Source of the DNA: Candidatus Nitrospinota bacterium M3_3B_026
GTDB taxonomy: Bacteria > Nitrospinota_A > UBA7883 > JBPRGF01
Assembly (NCBI GenBank): GCA_051418015.1
Contig: JBPRGF010000023.1
Coordinates: forward strand, 160,001-224,000
Reading direction: 5' to 3'
DNA length: 64,000 nucleotides
The position numbers and the translations under genes were made by a program. The notes beneath the pieces were generated by a model. It saw only the letters and a list, made by a program, of their open reading frames with translations, had not been told where the DNA came from and ran no database searches. Below, piece after piece: positions 29,916 to 40,892 of this stretch (position 1 is the stretch's first letter; each line of letters starts with the position of its first letter).

Positions 29916-32852
29916 ATGAGAAACGACGCGCTGGAAAGAGCCACGGGCGAGATCGGCCGGGAGATATTCTCCCGGATGGAAAAAGAAAAGCCGCGTTTCT
30001 GGGAGACCTCCTGGTGGGAGCGGCGAGTCGTGGAATGGCTCACCTCGGACCCGGAAGTGAAAAGCCGCGTCCTGCGCTTCGTGGACGTCTACCCTTCGCT
30101 TAAAAGCGACAGGGCCGTCGCGCGCCACATAAAGGAATACCTGCCTGACGCCGCCGCGCGCCTGCCGGAGGGGCTTCGCGTGGGCGGCGCCATAATGAAA
30201 TCCGCCCTCCACGCGCCCGCCGCCGCCTCCGCTGCCACCAGGGCGGCCATGTCGAGGATGGCGAAAAAGTTCATCGCCGGCTCGAGCATGGAGGAGATGA
30301 CGGAGCGGCTGGACATTCTGCTCGAGGCGGGGATGAGCTACACCGTGGACATCCTCGGCGAGGCGACGCTTTCCGACAGGGAGGCGGACTTCTACGCGGA
30401 CAGCTACCTGAAGCTCATAACCTATCTGGCCGCGGGGCGCGCTCCGGGCGACCCGGCGGCGAGCGTCTCCCTGAAGCTTTCATCCCTCGCGCCGCGTTTC
30501 GACCCGGCCGCGCCGGAATACGCCAAGACCGAGGCGCTGCGCCGTCTCCGCCCCATATTGAAAGCCGCCGCAAAGACAGGATCCGGCGTCAACATAGACA
30601 TGGAGAGTTTCGAGCTTCGCGATCTTGCGCTGGAAGTTTTCCGGGAAATTCTGAACGACAGCTCCCTTGACGGGTGGGACGGCCTTGGAACGGTGGCCCA
30701 GGCGTACCTGAAAGACTCTGAAGAGTCGCTCGACGGCCTTCTCGGCATGATACGAGACAGCGGCCGCCGCGCCGCCGTCCGGCTCGTCAAGGGCGCATAC
30801 TGGGACATGGAGGCCGTCATCGCCAGCCAGAGGCGCTGGCCCCTCCCCACACGGGAGAGCAAGGCCGCCACGGACGCAGCCTTCGAGCGGATGACGCTCA
30901 AGCTGCTCGAAAACACCGATCACGTGACCGCGGCGGTAGCCTCGCACAACGTCCGCTCCATAGCCCGCGCCGTCGCCGCGGCGCGATGGATGGGAGCGCC
31001 CGAGGGGCGGTTCGAGATACAGACCCTCTACGGCATGGCCGATCCCGTGAAAAAGGCGCTGGTGGAGATGGGCGTCCCCGTCCGGGTGTACGCCCCCTTC
31101 GGCGAGATGATCCCCGGCATGGCCTACCTTGTAAGGAGGCTTCTCGAAAACTCCTCGAACGAGTCCTTCCTGCGCCGCTCCCTGCTGGAGGAGGCTTCGC
31201 CGGAGGAGCTTTTGAGAGATCCGGCGGAGACCCCGGAGCAAACGGCGGAAAAGGCCGAGGAGGAAAACGAGTCAAAAATATTCGTCAACGAGCCCGCGCC
31301 CATGTTCCATGAAAAAAGCTTCAGGGACGCCCTTGATGAAACCGTGGAGAAGACCCGCGCCGGGCTGGGAAAGCGTTACCATCCCATCATAGACGGCGAA
31401 AGAATCGAAGCGAACGTCTCCTTTTCCTCCACGGATCCTTCCAATCCTTCCCGGATCGTGGGGATCATATCGAAAGCCGGGGCGGATCTTGCCGAAAGGG
31501 CGATGAACACGGCCCTGGCCGCTTTCGGCTCCTGGGCGGCGCTGCCTGCGGAGAGCCGCTCGGAAAAGCTATTCAAAGCCGCGGCGATCATGAGAGAGCG
31601 CAAGCTCGGACTCGCCGCGCTTCAGATGTTCGAGGTCGGCAAGACCAGGCAGGAGGCCGTGGCGGACGTGGACGAGGCCATCGACCACGTGATGTTCAAC
31701 GCGGCCCATGCTCCCGCCCTGTCCAAGCGGGAGAGGACAAATGACGTCCTGGGCGAGGTGAACACCCTGCGTCACCGTCCCCGCGGCCCGGGAGTGGTGA
31801 TCGCGCCGTGGAACTTCCCGCTGGCCATCCTGGCGGGGATGGCCAGCGCCGCGCTGGCCGCCGGGAACACGGTGGTGGTGAAACCGTCGTCGAACTCCGC
31901 GGCGCTGGCTGCTGTGTTCATGGATATCCTGCTGGAGGCCGGGGTCAGCCCAGGCGCGGCGGGTTTTCTGCCCGGCCCCGGCCCGATACTCGGCAAGGCG
32001 CTGATCTCCCATCCGGCGACATCCTTCGTCATGTTCACCGGGTCGTGGGAGACGGGCTCGGCCATCGTGGAGGCGGCGGCGGTAAAAAGGGCAGGCAGGC
32101 GCGGCTTCATCAAGACCTTCGCAGAGATGGGAGGTAAAAACGCCGTAATCGTGGACGGGTCGGCCGACCTGGACGAGGCCGTCGCGGGGGTTGTATCGTC
32201 CGCCTTCGGGTTCGGAGGGCAGAAATGCTCCGCCTGCTCGAGGGTGATCGCGCTGAATGATGTGTACGGCGATTTCGTGGAAAGACTCGTCGCCGCCGCG
32301 GAGAGCCTCGTCGTAGGCCCCCCATCAGACCCCGCGTCCTTCTACGGGCCGCTGATCGACGAGGCGGCGGTGGAGAAAGCCGGAAAGTACATCAGGATGG
32401 GGGAGAAAGAGGCCACGCCCCTGCTGGTCCGCAAGGATGTTTTCGAGAAGGGGCGCTTTGTCCCCCCCGCCCTGTTCGGCGACGTGGACCCCGCTTCGAG
32501 CCTTGCCAGGGACGAAATATTCGGCCCCGTGCTCTCCGTCATGAGGGCGAAGGATATGAGCCGGGCGATAGAGATCGTCAACGGCTCCGATTACGCCCTT
32601 ACAGCGGGCCTTTACTCGCGCACGCCTTCGAGCGTGGAGAAGCTCATGGAAGGAATAGAGGCGGGCAACGTCTACATCAACAGGGGGATCACCGGCGCCG
32701 TCGTGGGAAGACAGCCTTTCGGCGGTTTCAAGAAATCCGGCGCGGGCTCGGCTAAGGCCGGGTCGCTCGCTCTTTTAAAGGAGCTTTCCATCCCCGTGGC
32801 GGAGACGGAGAACATCGTCCGCCACGGCTTTTCGCCGGACATCGGGAGCTGA
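29916..32852 (+). CDS. putA: Bifunctional proline dehydrogenase / P5C dehydrogenase
   Basis: VRLVKGAY and YLVRRLLEN (PRODH); PWNFP, AEMGGKN, GQKCSAC and EIFGP (ALDH). Confidence 0.92.
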   Translation: MRNDALERATGEIGREIFSRMEKEKPRFWETSWWERRVVEWLTSDPEVKSRVLRFVDVYPSLKSDRAVARHIKEYLPDAAARLPEGLRVGGAIMKSALHAPAAASAATRAAMSRMAKKFIAGSSMEEMTERLDILLEAGMSYTVDILGEATLSDREADFYADSYLKLITYLAAGRAPGDPAASVSLKLSSLAPRFDPAAPEYAKTEALRRLRPILKAAAKTGSGVNIDMESFELRDLALEVFREILNDSSLDGWDGLGTVAQAYLKDSEESLDGLLGMIRDSGRRAAVRLVKGAYWDMEAVIASQRRWPLPTRESKAATDAAFERMTLKLLENTDHVTAAVASHNVRSIARAVAAARWMGAPEGRFEIQTLYGMADPVKKALVEMGVPVRVYAPFGEMIPGMAYLVRRLLENSSNESFLRRSLLEEASPEELLRDPAETPEQTAEKAEEENESKIFVNEPAPMFHEKSFRDALDETVEKTRAGLGKRYHPIIDGERIEANVSFSSTDPSNPSRIVGIISKAGADLAERAMNTALAAFGSWAALPAESRSEKLFKAAAIMRERKLGLAALQMFEVGKTRQEAVADVDEAIDHVMFNAAHAPALSKRERTNDVLGEVNTLRHRPRGPGVVIAPWNFPLAILAGMASAALAAGNTVVVKPSSNSAALAAVFMDILLEAGVSPGAAGFLPGPGPILGKALISHPATSFVMFTGSWETGSAIVEAAAVKRAGRRGFIKTFAEMGGKNAVIVDGSADLDEAVAGVVSSAFGFGGQKCSACSRVIALNDVYGDFVERLVAAAESLVVGPPSDPASFYGPLIDEAAVEKAGKYIRMGEKEATPLLVRKDVFEKGRFVPPALFGDVDPASSLARDEIFGPVLSVMRAKDMSRAIEIVNGSDYALTAGLYSRTPSSVEKLMEGIEAGNVYINRGITGAVVGRQPFGGFKKSGAGSAKAGSLALLKELSIPVAETENIVRHGFSPDIGS

Positions 32853-32875
32853 CCCCCATCCTTCGGAGAGGACGC

Positions 32876-34138
32876 TCAGGCCTTCTCCAGAACACCGCCC
32901 ACGGAGACGAAAAGCTCCGGGAATGTGGGGAAGGTTATGTTCACCGCCTCGGCGGTGTCTATCACCGTCTCCCCCCCCGCCGCCGAGGCGAGAAGCGCAA
33001 GGCTCATCACCACCCTGTGGTCGCCGTGGCCTGTGACCTGCGCGCCGCTCGGCTCGCCGCCGTGTATGATGAGCGCGTCCGGCTCCTCCTCGCATCTGAT
33101 CCCCATCTTCGCAAGCTCCCCGGCCATGACGGCTATGCGATCGGTCTCCTTTATCCTCGCCTGGGGGACGGCGCCGAGCCTCGTCGTCCCCTCCGCCAGC
33201 GCCGCCAGGGCGGCCATGGCGGGAAGGGCGTCCGGCGTGGCGTTCAGGTCAAGCTCCACCCCGGCTAGCTCCGCGCCCGTCACCGTGACGCGGTCATCCC
33301 CAACCGTGACACGCGCCCCCATCTGTTCAAGATAGCCGAAGACGGCCTTGTCGCCCTGCGGGTCGTTCATATCAAGCCCCAGCAATGTCACCTCGTTGCC
33401 CGGGATCGCGCCCATGCAGGCGAAGAAGGTCGCCGAGGAAAAATCGCCCGGAATCGTCTCCTCGAAGGGCCTGTAGCCCTGCCCTCCGCGGGTTCTGAAA
33501 AGCTCGTAGCCCTCTCTTTCGTACTCGATCCCCATCTTGTCAAGCCACGCCAGGGTCATGTCCGCGTAGGGTTTTTCGTTGAGGCGGGCGAGCATCAGGG
33601 TTGTGTCTTCCGGCGCGAGGGGGGTATGGACAAGGAGGCTTGAAAGATACTGAGACGTGGCGCCGTCCACCTTCGTCTTCCCGCCTTTTAGCGGCCCCGT
33701 GACCGTGGCCGGCAACTTTCCGTTCGCGCTCTCGGTCCTCGCGCCCAGATTTGACAGCGCCTCCAGCAACGGCCCCATCGGGCGGGCGCTGGTGCTCCTG
33801 TCACCGGTGATGGTTATGGGTACGCTGCCAAGCGACGCCATGGAAAGGATGAACCGGGCCGTCGTGCCGGAGTTGCCGACGTCCACCGGCGCGCCGGGCG
33901 CCGTGATCCTGCCTCCCGTCCCCCGTATCCTCCAGGCGTCCGCGGCCGCCTCCGCCTCCGCCCCGAGAGCGGACACAGCCGTCAGGGCCGACCGGCCGTC
34001 GCTGGATTCCAGCGGGTTCCTTATCGTGGAGACGCCCCCGGCCAGCGCGGCTATGAAGACGGCGCGGATCGTGTGCGACTTCGACGCCGGTATACGCGCC
34101 TCGCCACGGATACGCGAAGGTTTTACAGCGAATCTCAT
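32876..34138 (-). CDS. aroA: EPSP synthase
   Basis: PASKSHTIR, GNSGTTARF, RIKETDRI, DHRVVM. Confidence 0.95.
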   Translation of the reverse strand: MRFAVKPSRIRGEARIPASKSHTIRAVFIAALAGGVSTIRNPLESSDGRSALTAVSALGAEAEAAADAWRIRGTGGRITAPGAPVDVGNSGTTARFILSMASLGSVPITITGDRSTSARPMGPLLEALSNLGARTESANGKLPATVTGPLKGGKTKVDGATSQYLSSLLVHTPLAPEDTTLMLARLNEKPYADMTLAWLDKMGIEYEREGYELFRTRGGQGYRPFEETIPGDFSSATFFACMGAIPGNEVTLLGLDMNDPQGDKAVFGYLEQMGARVTVGDDRVTVTGAELAGVELDLNATPDALPAMAALAALAEGTTRLGAVPQARIKETDRIAVMAGELAKMGIRCEEEPDALIIHGGEPSGAQVTGHGDHRVVMSLALLASAAGGETVIDTAEAVNITFPTFPELFVSVGGVLEKA

Positions 34139-34155
34139 CCCGCCGCCCTTCCGCG

Positions 34156-34926
34156 TCAGAGCCCCCATCCCCGGATATCGTCGAGAAGGTCGTAACGGGT
34201 GAGGTCGAAGTGTATCGGCGTGACGGTGACGTACCCCTGCTCCAGCAGGACGATGTCCGCGTCGTTGTCCTCGTCGTCCACGACCATGTCGCCGCCCTGC
34301 CAGTAGTAGTCATGCTGGCGCAGGTCCACTCTCTTTTCGAACACCTCCAGGAACTTGCTCGACCCCATGCGGCAGACGGCGACGCCCTTGATCTCGTCCG
34401 CGCCGAGGGGGGGGACGTTGACGTTGAGCAGGACCCCTTTCGGCAGGCCCTTCTCCGCGACTTTCCGGGCTATCCGCGCGCCGTAGTCCGCCGCGGTTGA
34501 AAAATCCCCGCTGGAAAAGGAGGCCAGGGAGACGGCGACCGACGGGATACCGAGGATCATCCCCTCCGTTGCGGCGGAGACGGTGCCCGAGTATATGACG
34601 TTCGTGGCCACGTTGGGGCCCTGGTTCACTCCGGAGACCACCACGTCCGGCCTGTGTTTCAATATGGCGCGGACGGCGATCTTCACGCAGTCGGCCGGGG
34701 TGCCGTTCACGGCTATACCGAAAAGCGACCCGTTCCTGTTCACGTTCCGAACGCGCAGCGGGTCCGTGATGGTGATGGCGTGCCCCACGGCGGACATCTC
34801 CATCTCCGGCGCCACGACGTCCACCTGGGTCTCTTCAGCGAAGGCGCCGCGCATCGCCTTCAGGCCCCTGGCGTTTATTCCATCGTCGTTCGTAAGCAGT
34901 ACTTTCAAATCACTCTCCACGTTCAA
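34156..34926 (-). CDS. surE: 5'/3'-nucleotidase SurE
   Basis: LLTNDDG, GTPADCV, YSGTVSAA. Confidence 0.95.
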   Translation of the reverse strand: MNVESDLKVLLTNDDGINARGLKAMRGAFAEETQVDVVAPEMEMSAVGHAITITDPLRVRNVNRNGSLFGIAVNGTPADCVKIAVRAILKHRPDVVVSGVNQGPNVATNVIYSGTVSAATEGMILGIPSVAVSLASFSSGDFSTAADYGARIARKVAEKGLPKGVLLNVNVPPLGADEIKGVAVCRMGSSKFLEVFEKRVDLRQHDYYWQGGDMVVDDEDNDADIVLLEQGYVTVTPIHFDLTRYDLLDDIRGWGL

Positions 34927-34960
34927 AAAAAGGCTCCAGCCTCGAGGTGAATTTTAGAGT

Positions 34961-35812
34961 TTATCGCAAAGCGGCGGACCCTATCCACAACACGCCGGAT
35001 TTCCCGTCCGTCAAGTCATGCGGACGCAGGTAGAAATTCATCGCCTCGATCTTCTCCGGGTACGCCCATTTCTCCGGGAAGACATACCCTTTCCCGGCCA
35101 GGTTGTAAAACCACATCTCGAAATCCGTGAAGGGGATGGTTATCCGGCTCCACTCACCCTTCGGATCAAGGCCGTTGACGGTCCAACCGACGGTCCCCTT
35201 TCCCCTGGACGTCATGACGCTCAGGCTGAAACTTTCCAGGCCCTCGCTTTTCACGGCCAGCTCCATGCCCTTCATGCCAGCGGCGCTGACGGGCTCCGGA
35301 AACTCGACAAGCCCCGCCGCGAACCTCTCGCCTCCCCCGCCAAGGCCGGCCACGGAGAGCCTGGCGGAGACCGGGACGGGTTCTTCCTCCGTCTTCACTA
35401 TCTCGAAGGCCGCCTTTGCGCCGGGGGAGCTTTTGAGTCTTGTCATGGAGGCCTGCCGCTCGGACGAGAAGTCCAGAAAGATCACCGGCGTGTCCGAAAG
35501 AGGGGGCGGCTCAGGCTTGGAGGCGCGTTGCCTGGCCCTTGCGAGCCTGGCCTCCCGCTCGCGCTCCATGGCCTTTTCTTTTTCCGACAGGCCGCTGAAA
35601 AGACCGCCCGAGCCTTCCAGCTCCTTCAATAGCATCTTCGCGGCCTTTTTCGTCTCCTCGATCACCCTCGTCGCCGCTCCCATCCCGCGGCCTGTCTCGA
35701 TAGACGCGACGAAGGAATAGACCCCAAACAGAAACACGGCCACGAAGACAAAAAAGGCTATGGGGATGTAATTCAGATAAGCGGGTGGGCCTTGTTTTTT
35801 CACCGCTTTCAA
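34961..35812 (-). CDS. Hypothetical membrane-anchored protein, possible CBM11/CIA30-like beta-sandwich
   Basis: N-terminal TM helix, coiled linker, C-terminal pattern EWSRITIPFTDF...WIGS. Confidence 0.5.
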   Translation of the reverse strand: MKAVKKQGPPAYLNYIPIAFFVFVAVFLFGVYSFVASIETGRGMGAATRVIEETKKAAKMLLKELEGSGGLFSGLSEKEKAMEREREARLARARQRASKPEPPPLSDTPVIFLDFSSERQASMTRLKSSPGAKAAFEIVKTEEEPVPVSARLSVAGLGGGGERFAAGLVEFPEPVSAAGMKGMELAVKSEGLESFSLSVMTSRGKGTVGWTVNGLDPKGEWSRITIPFTDFEMWFYNLAGKGYVFPEKWAYPEKIEAMNFYLRPHDLTDGKSGVLWIGSAALR

Positions 35813-35883
35813 CGATCTTCAGGTTTTCGTCCCGCCATGGCGGCGGATCCGGCGGCAGGGCCGCGCGGCGCTCCGTGAAAACT

Positions 35884-37803
35884 TCAGGACCCGCCGACGC
35901 TCTCCCTGGAGCCGCGCTCCCCGCGCTCCAGCGCCACGCCCTCGTCCTCCTTCTCGCCTTTGCCGGAAGAGGCCGCGGCGCGCGCGGCTTCATCCCCGGT
36001 CTTCTCTTTGGAGGTTTTGCGCTCGTCCACCATCTTCTGGATTTCCGATCCGTCGACGACCTCGTTCTCCAGCAGAAGCTCCATCACCTCGTCCAGGACG
36101 TCCCTGTACTCGATGAGCAGGCTTTTGGCCGTGTTGTAGGCCTCATAGACGAGCTTTTTGACCTCCTTGTCTATCTCGATGGCCGTGTGTTCGCTGTAGT
36201 CGCGGTGCTGGGCGATCTCGCGGCCGAGGAAAATCTGCTCCTCCTTCTGGCCGAAGGCTATGGGCCCGAGCTTGTCGCTCATCCCCCACTCGCACACCAT
36301 CTTGCGCGCGAGGTTGCTCACCCGCTCGATGTCATTGGTGGCGCCAGTCGTGAGCTGGTCCAGCACAAGCTCCTCAGCCGCGCGGCCGCCCATCAGTATC
36401 TTCAGCTGGTTGACCAGGTAGCTTTTGGGGTGCGTGTGCTTTTCGTCCACCGGCAGCTGCTGGGTCACGCCGAGAGCCCTGCCACGGGGGATTATGCTCA
36501 CCTTGTGTATGGGGTCCGTCCCCGGCAGCAGGGACGCCACCAGGGCATGGCCGGCCTCGTGGACGGCGGTGGTTTTCTTCTCCTCGTCGCTTATTATCAT
36601 GGAGCGGCGCTCCGCCCCCATCATCACCTTGTCCTTGGCCTGCTCGAAATGGCGCATACCGACCTTGTCCGCGTCCTCCCTGGCCGCCAGCAGCGCCGCC
36701 TCGTTGGTCAGGTTGGCAAGGTCCGCCCCCGTGAAGCCGGGAGTGCCGCGGGCGAGGACGCGGATATTCACGTCGTCCTCGAGGGGCAGGTTGCGGGTGT
36801 GCACCTTGAGTATCGCCTCCCGGCCGCCTATGTCCGGCCGGGGGACGACTATCTGCCTGTCGAACCTGCCGGGGCGCAGAAGCGCCGGGTCCAGCACGTC
36901 GGGCCTGTTCGTGGCGGCGATGACGATGGCGCCCTCGTTGCCCTCGAACCCGTCCATCTCCACCAGCAGGGCGTTCAGCGTTTGCTCCCGCTCATCGTGG
37001 CCGCCTCCGAGGCCCGCGCCGCGATGCCGCCCCACGGCGTCTATCTCATCGACGAAGATAATGCACGGGGCGCTCTTTTTAGCCTGCTCGAAAAGGTCTC
37101 GCACGCGGGAGGCGCCGACGCCGACGAACATCTCCACGAAGTCAGAGCCGGATATGGAAAAGAACGGCACGCCGGCCTCGCCGGCTATGGCGCGGGCCAG
37201 CAGGGTCTTGCCGGTCCCCGGAGGGCCCATCAGCAGAACGCCTTTGGGTATCTTGCCGCCGAGTTTCTGGAACTTCTGGGGGTCCTTCAGAAACTCGATA
37301 ATCTCCTGCAGGTCGTCCTTGGCCTCCTCCACGCCGGCCACGTCTTTGAAAGTGGCTTTCTGGTTCGTGTCAGAGACGAGCCTGGCCTTGCTCTTGCCGA
37401 AAGACAGCGCCCGCGTCCCGCCGTTTTGCATCTGGCGCATGAAAAATATCCAGATGGCTATCAGCAGGATCATCGGGAACCAGGAGATCAGGACGCTGAG
37501 GTACCACGGCGTCTGCTCCTGGGGGCGGACGGTCACCTTGACCTCGGCCTCCCGGAGGTCCTGGAAAAGCTCCGGGTAATCCATGATGTAGACCCGGAAA
37601 TTCCTGCCGTCCACGAACTTTCCGAGGGCCGTGTTGCCCTGGATGATTACTTCGCCTATCTTTCCGTTCTCCACCGAGTTTATGAACTCGGTGAAAGTTA
37701 TCTCGGAACCCGCCGGCCTGGTCTGGCTGAACATGTTGAACAGGGCTATCATCACGAGCCCCACGACCAGCCAGAGGGCTATGTTTTTGTAAAACTGGTT
37801 CAA
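35884..37803 (-). CDS. ftsH: ATP-dependent zinc metalloprotease FtsH
   Basis: [28 protein letters not shown]. Confidence 0.98.
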   Translation of the reverse strand: MNQFYKNIALWLVVGLVMIALFNMFSQTRPAGSEITFTEFINSVENGKIGEVIIQGNTALGKFVDGRNFRVYIMDYPELFQDLREAEVKVTVRPQEQTPWYLSVLISWFPMILLIAIWIFFMRQMQNGGTRALSFGKSKARLVSDTNQKATFKDVAGVEEAKDDLQEIIEFLKDPQKFQKLGGKIPKGVLLMGPPGTGKTLLARAIAGEAGVPFFSISGSDFVEMFVGVGASRVRDLFEQAKKSAPCIIFVDEIDAVGRHRGAGLGGGHDEREQTLNALLVEMDGFEGNEGAIVIAATNRPDVLDPALLRPGRFDRQIVVPRPDIGGREAILKVHTRNLPLEDDVNIRVLARGTPGFTGADLANLTNEAALLAAREDADKVGMRHFEQAKDKVMMGAERRSMIISDEEKKTTAVHEAGHALVASLLPGTDPIHKVSIIPRGRALGVTQQLPVDEKHTHPKSYLVNQLKILMGGRAAEELVLDQLTTGATNDIERVSNLARKMVCEWGMSDKLGPIAFGQKEEQIFLGREIAQHRDYSEHTAIEIDKEVKKLVYEAYNTAKSLLIEYRDVLDEVMELLLENEVVDGSEIQKMVDERKTSKEKTGDEAARAAASSGKGEKEDEGVALERGERGSRESVGGS

Positions 37804-37958
37804 ACCTGCTCTCCCGGTTGGATCAACGATCTAATGGGTCTTACTTGAGACTCAATGCATCTACATTAACATGCGTGGCGGCGCGCCTCAATCTATTTCA
37901 AGCCCGCGGCGGCGTGTCCCTCAGGGGCTGGATGAGACGAACGGGGAAATCCCGGCCG

Positions 37959-38375
37959 CTACCGTTTTTCAGCCCCGGCGCCCTCCTCCGTGGAGGGCGG
38001 AGCGGGGGGCAGGGTCCTGGAGAAAGTCTCCGCGGCGATGGGAAGAGAGGCCGCGGGCTCTTCCCCGGGAACGGGGTAGACGCCGGGCTCATCCGGGAGG
38101 GGTTTTTGTTTCAGCTCGGTAAGCTCTTTTTCCAGACGGGAGACCTTCCTTGAAAGCCTCCAGTTTCTGCCCTTTTCCCTCAACGAAGAGACAGCCCACC
38201 CCAGCCCCGCAAGCAGAGCCCCCGCGCCGAAGGAAGCCAGGATGGCGACCCACAGCCTGACGGTGTACTCGTACCCGAAAAAGTAGGATATATCCACCAT
38301 CCCCTGGTTCTTTACGGCGAAGGTGACCAGGAAGAAAACGATTATAAGGCCGAGTACAAGTTTGACCGCCAACAT
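37959..38375 (-). CDS. LapA/DUF1049-like membrane protein
   Basis: FAVKN motif after TM1, second TM helix, then coiled coil. Confidence 0.7.
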   Translation of the reverse strand: MLAVKLVLGLIIVFFLVTFAVKNQGMVDISYFFGYEYTVRLWVAILASFGAGALLAGLGWAVSSLREKGRNWRLSRKVSRLEKELTELKQKPLPDEPGVYPVPGEEPAASLPIAAETFSRTLPPAPPSTEEGAGAEKR

Positions 38376-38381
38376 GGGCTT

Positions 38382-38885
38382 TTACTCTTCCCCCCGCGGT
38401 TTGTCATCATCGCCCCGGCCGCTCTCCCCGCCGGACCGGGGAGAGGGTTCGCCGCCCGCCGCGGCTTCGTCCGCCTTTTTCCCTTCACCGCCCGCCGGCT
38501 TCTGAAAAGAGCTGGCGCCGCTGGCCCCGGCGGATGACGCGGCGGCCTTCTCTCGCCTGGCGGACCTGAGCTTTTGCCGGTATTCTTCCCTTTCGCGCCG
38601 GGCCTCGGCTTTCCGCTGGTCGATGGCCTCCTCGGCCTTCGATATCTCATCCCCGGCCGAGCGCGTCTCCTCGACAAGTCTTTTGACCTTTTCGTCCTCC
38701 CAGGCGGGTTTCCCTTCAGCGATGTTCCTGTATACGGCCTCCCCAAGCTTGGTCAGCAGGCCGTTTCTTTTGTTGGAGAAGCCTATTATCCTGAGTTTCA
38801 GCCTCATGATCTCGATGAAGTGGGACGTCTGCCGCCATGCGGCCCTCAGGGTATCCTTCAAAACCTCAAGAAAGCTCATATACAA
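38382..38885 (-). CDS. Hypothetical coiled-coil protein
   Basis: Co-oriented ORF in a tight operon; helical, with a low-complexity tail. Confidence 0.6.
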   Translation of the reverse strand: MYMSFLEVLKDTLRAAWRQTSHFIEIMRLKLRIIGFSNKRNGLLTKLGEAVYRNIAEGKPAWEDEKVKRLVEETRSAGDEISKAEEAIDQRKAEARREREEYRQKLRSARREKAAASSAGASGASSFQKPAGGEGKKADEAAAGGEPSPRSGGESGRGDDDKPRGEE

Positions 38886-38900
38886 AAATCCCCGCCTCGT

Positions 38901-39812
38901 TTAAAGCCCCGTTCCCCTCTCTTCGGACTCGATCGGCTGAGTCTCTATGTCAAGCGGGGAAAGGGGCTCCATGATGTCCCCGTCGCTTTCTCCCTCCTCG
39001 GGCGTCCCGGCCTCCGCGTCCATCGGCTCTTCCATTCCGGCCGGGCTCTGCTCTTCCTCCAGCCCCGTAACGGGCTCATCCACACCGATCTCCTCTTCTT
39101 CGGGAAGGTATTCTCCCACGTCCCCGGGCTCGGGGGCGCCGGGCCCTTCCTCCATGACCACGGCTGGCTCTTCGGTCTCCACGGGCTCCTCCATCAGCGG
39201 CGATTCTTCTTCGGCTCCAGGGGCCAGGGCGTCGGCGCCAGGCGCCACGAATATCCCCGCCCTTCCCTCTTCCGGGGCTCGCTTCCCGGCGTCCGACCCG
39301 AGGACAGCGAGAAGCCCGAGCGTCTCATCCTTCAACTCGCGGGCCCTTTCGGCCGCCTCCGGCCCCCCCAGCGCGATCGCCTCGTCAAGGGCGTTCAGGG
39401 TTTGCCTCAGCTCGGCCCGGGCGGCGGCGGCGCTGGCCGCCCTGCCCTCCTCCCGTTGCGCTCGAAGCTGGCCGGACAGTTTCCTCACGGCGGCGTTCAG
39501 CCTCTCCATCTCGCCGGACACGTCACCCGCGACCTTCCACGCCATGAAACCCACGGCAAGGACCGCCGCCAGCGAGACAACGGCCGCCACGTTGGCCAAT
39601 GAGAGAATGGCCCTCGAAGAGCGTTCCCGGCCCCTATCTTCCTCCTCGAAGCCGTAGTCATATGGTGAACGGCCGCTTTCCACGTAGTCGGCCATTCTCC
39701 TCCTGGCGTCGCCTGCGCGCCCGGCGCTTTCCCTGGACTCCGGCGGCGCCGGGGCGTCCGGATTGGGAGGACGGTCTTCCCCGGACGAGGAGCCTTCGTT
39801 TTTCTCCGTCAT
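38901..39812 (-). CDS. Hypothetical single-pass membrane protein with acidic Glu/Pro tail
   Basis: TM segment VAAVVSLAAVLAVGFMAW, helical domain, E/P-rich C-terminus. Confidence 0.6.
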   Translation of the reverse strand: MTEKNEGSSSGEDRPPNPDAPAPPESRESAGRAGDARRRMADYVESGRSPYDYGFEEEDRGRERSSRAILSLANVAAVVSLAAVLAVGFMAWKVAGDVSGEMERLNAAVRKLSGQLRAQREEGRAASAAAARAELRQTLNALDEAIALGGPEAAERARELKDETLGLLAVLGSDAGKRAPEEGRAGIFVAPGADALAPGAEEESPLMEEPVETEEPAVVMEEGPGAPEPGDVGEYLPEEEEIGVDEPVTGLEEEQSPAGMEEPMDAEAGTPEEGESDGDIMEPLSPLDIETQPIESEERGTGL

Positions 39813-39843
39813 CTAAATAGCCCCGTAGGATTCAACAGAAAAT

Positions 39844-39871
39844 TTGACCTCGCGCCCGTTATCCGCATAAT
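39844..39871 (+). promoter_or_regulatory. putative sigma70 promoter of folD operon
   Basis: TTGACC-16 bp-CATAAT. Confidence 0.5.
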
Positions 39872-40021
39872 ATCTTCTCTCGGCGGGGACATTTGCAAAT
39901 CTTCCCGGCTTTTGCGCGCGCGGCCGTGGCTTTTTAATTATGGAAAAATCGTACTTGAGCTTCCCTTGAGCGTCAAGACCAATTAAGGTTCCAGGTTTTA
40001 CAAGAGGAGATTGAACGAGTA

Positions 40022-40879
40022 ATGACGGTAAAGATAGACGGCAGGGAGGTGGCGGCCTCCATTCGCGAAGAGATCAAAAAGGAGACCTGGCACATAGAGA
40101 AGGAGAAGGGCGAGCGCCCCGGCCTCGCCGTCATCCTCGTGGGCGACGACCCGGCCTCGCAGGTCTACGTCCGCCTGAAGAAAAAGGGATGCGAGGAGGT
40201 GGGGATCACATCCTACCAGCATATCCTCCCGGCGGACACGGGGATGGAGGAGCTGCTAGCCCTGATCGACAGGCTGAACACGGATCCCAAGGTGAACGGG
40301 ATACTGGTCCAGTTGCCGTTGCCGGATCATATGGATAAAAGCGTCGTCCTGGACAGGATCCACCCGGACAAGGACGTGGACGGCTTTCATCCGGTGAACG
40401 TGGGGCTGCTGTCGCACAAGCTGGCCAAACTCATGCCCTGTACGCCGTCGGGCTGCATGGAGCTTCTCGACCGGAGCCACATCCCCATCGAGGGCGCCCA
40501 CGCGGTGGTGGCGGGCAGGTCTGACATCGTGGGCAAGCCGGTGGCCATGATGCTGTTGCACAGGAACGCCACGGTCACCATCTGCCACTCCAGAACAAAA
40601 GACCTCAAGGCGATAACCTCCCAGGCGGACATACTCGTCGCCGCCATCGGCAGGCCGGGGACGATCACCGCGGACATGGTGAAGGAGGGGGCGGCCGTAA
40701 TAGACGTCGGCGTCAACAAGGTGGACAACAAGATAGTGGGCGACGTGGACTATGACGGCGTCTTCGGCAAGGCTGGGTGGATAACCCCCGTGCCCGGCGG
40801 CGTCGGGCCGATGACTATCGCCATGCTGCTTTACAACACGATGCTCGCCTACAAAATCCAGCGCGGGCTGGTGGTCTAG
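40022..40879 (+). CDS. folD: Methylene-THF dehydrogenase/cyclohydrolase
   Basis: KDVDGFHP, PCTP, GRSDIVGKP, TPVPGGVGPMT. Confidence 0.97.
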   Translation: MTVKIDGREVAASIREEIKKETWHIEKEKGERPGLAVILVGDDPASQVYVRLKKKGCEEVGITSYQHILPADTGMEELLALIDRLNTDPKVNGILVQLPLPDHMDKSVVLDRIHPDKDVDGFHPVNVGLLSHKLAKLMPCTPSGCMELLDRSHIPIEGAHAVVAGRSDIVGKPVAMMLLHRNATVTICHSRTKDLKAITSQADILVAAIGRPGTITADMVKEGAAVIDVGVNKVDNKIVGDVDYDGVFGKAGWITPVPGGVGPMTIAMLLYNTMLAYKIQRGLVV

Positions 40880-40892
40880 AAACCAGCGAGCC

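Noticed and set aside
7505..37848. Long antisense or alternate-frame ORFs (e.g. 7505-9604, 20599-22608, 27950-29761, 35785-37848)
   Set aside because: They are shadow ORFs of conserved genes, caused by high GC3, and have no recognisable motifs.
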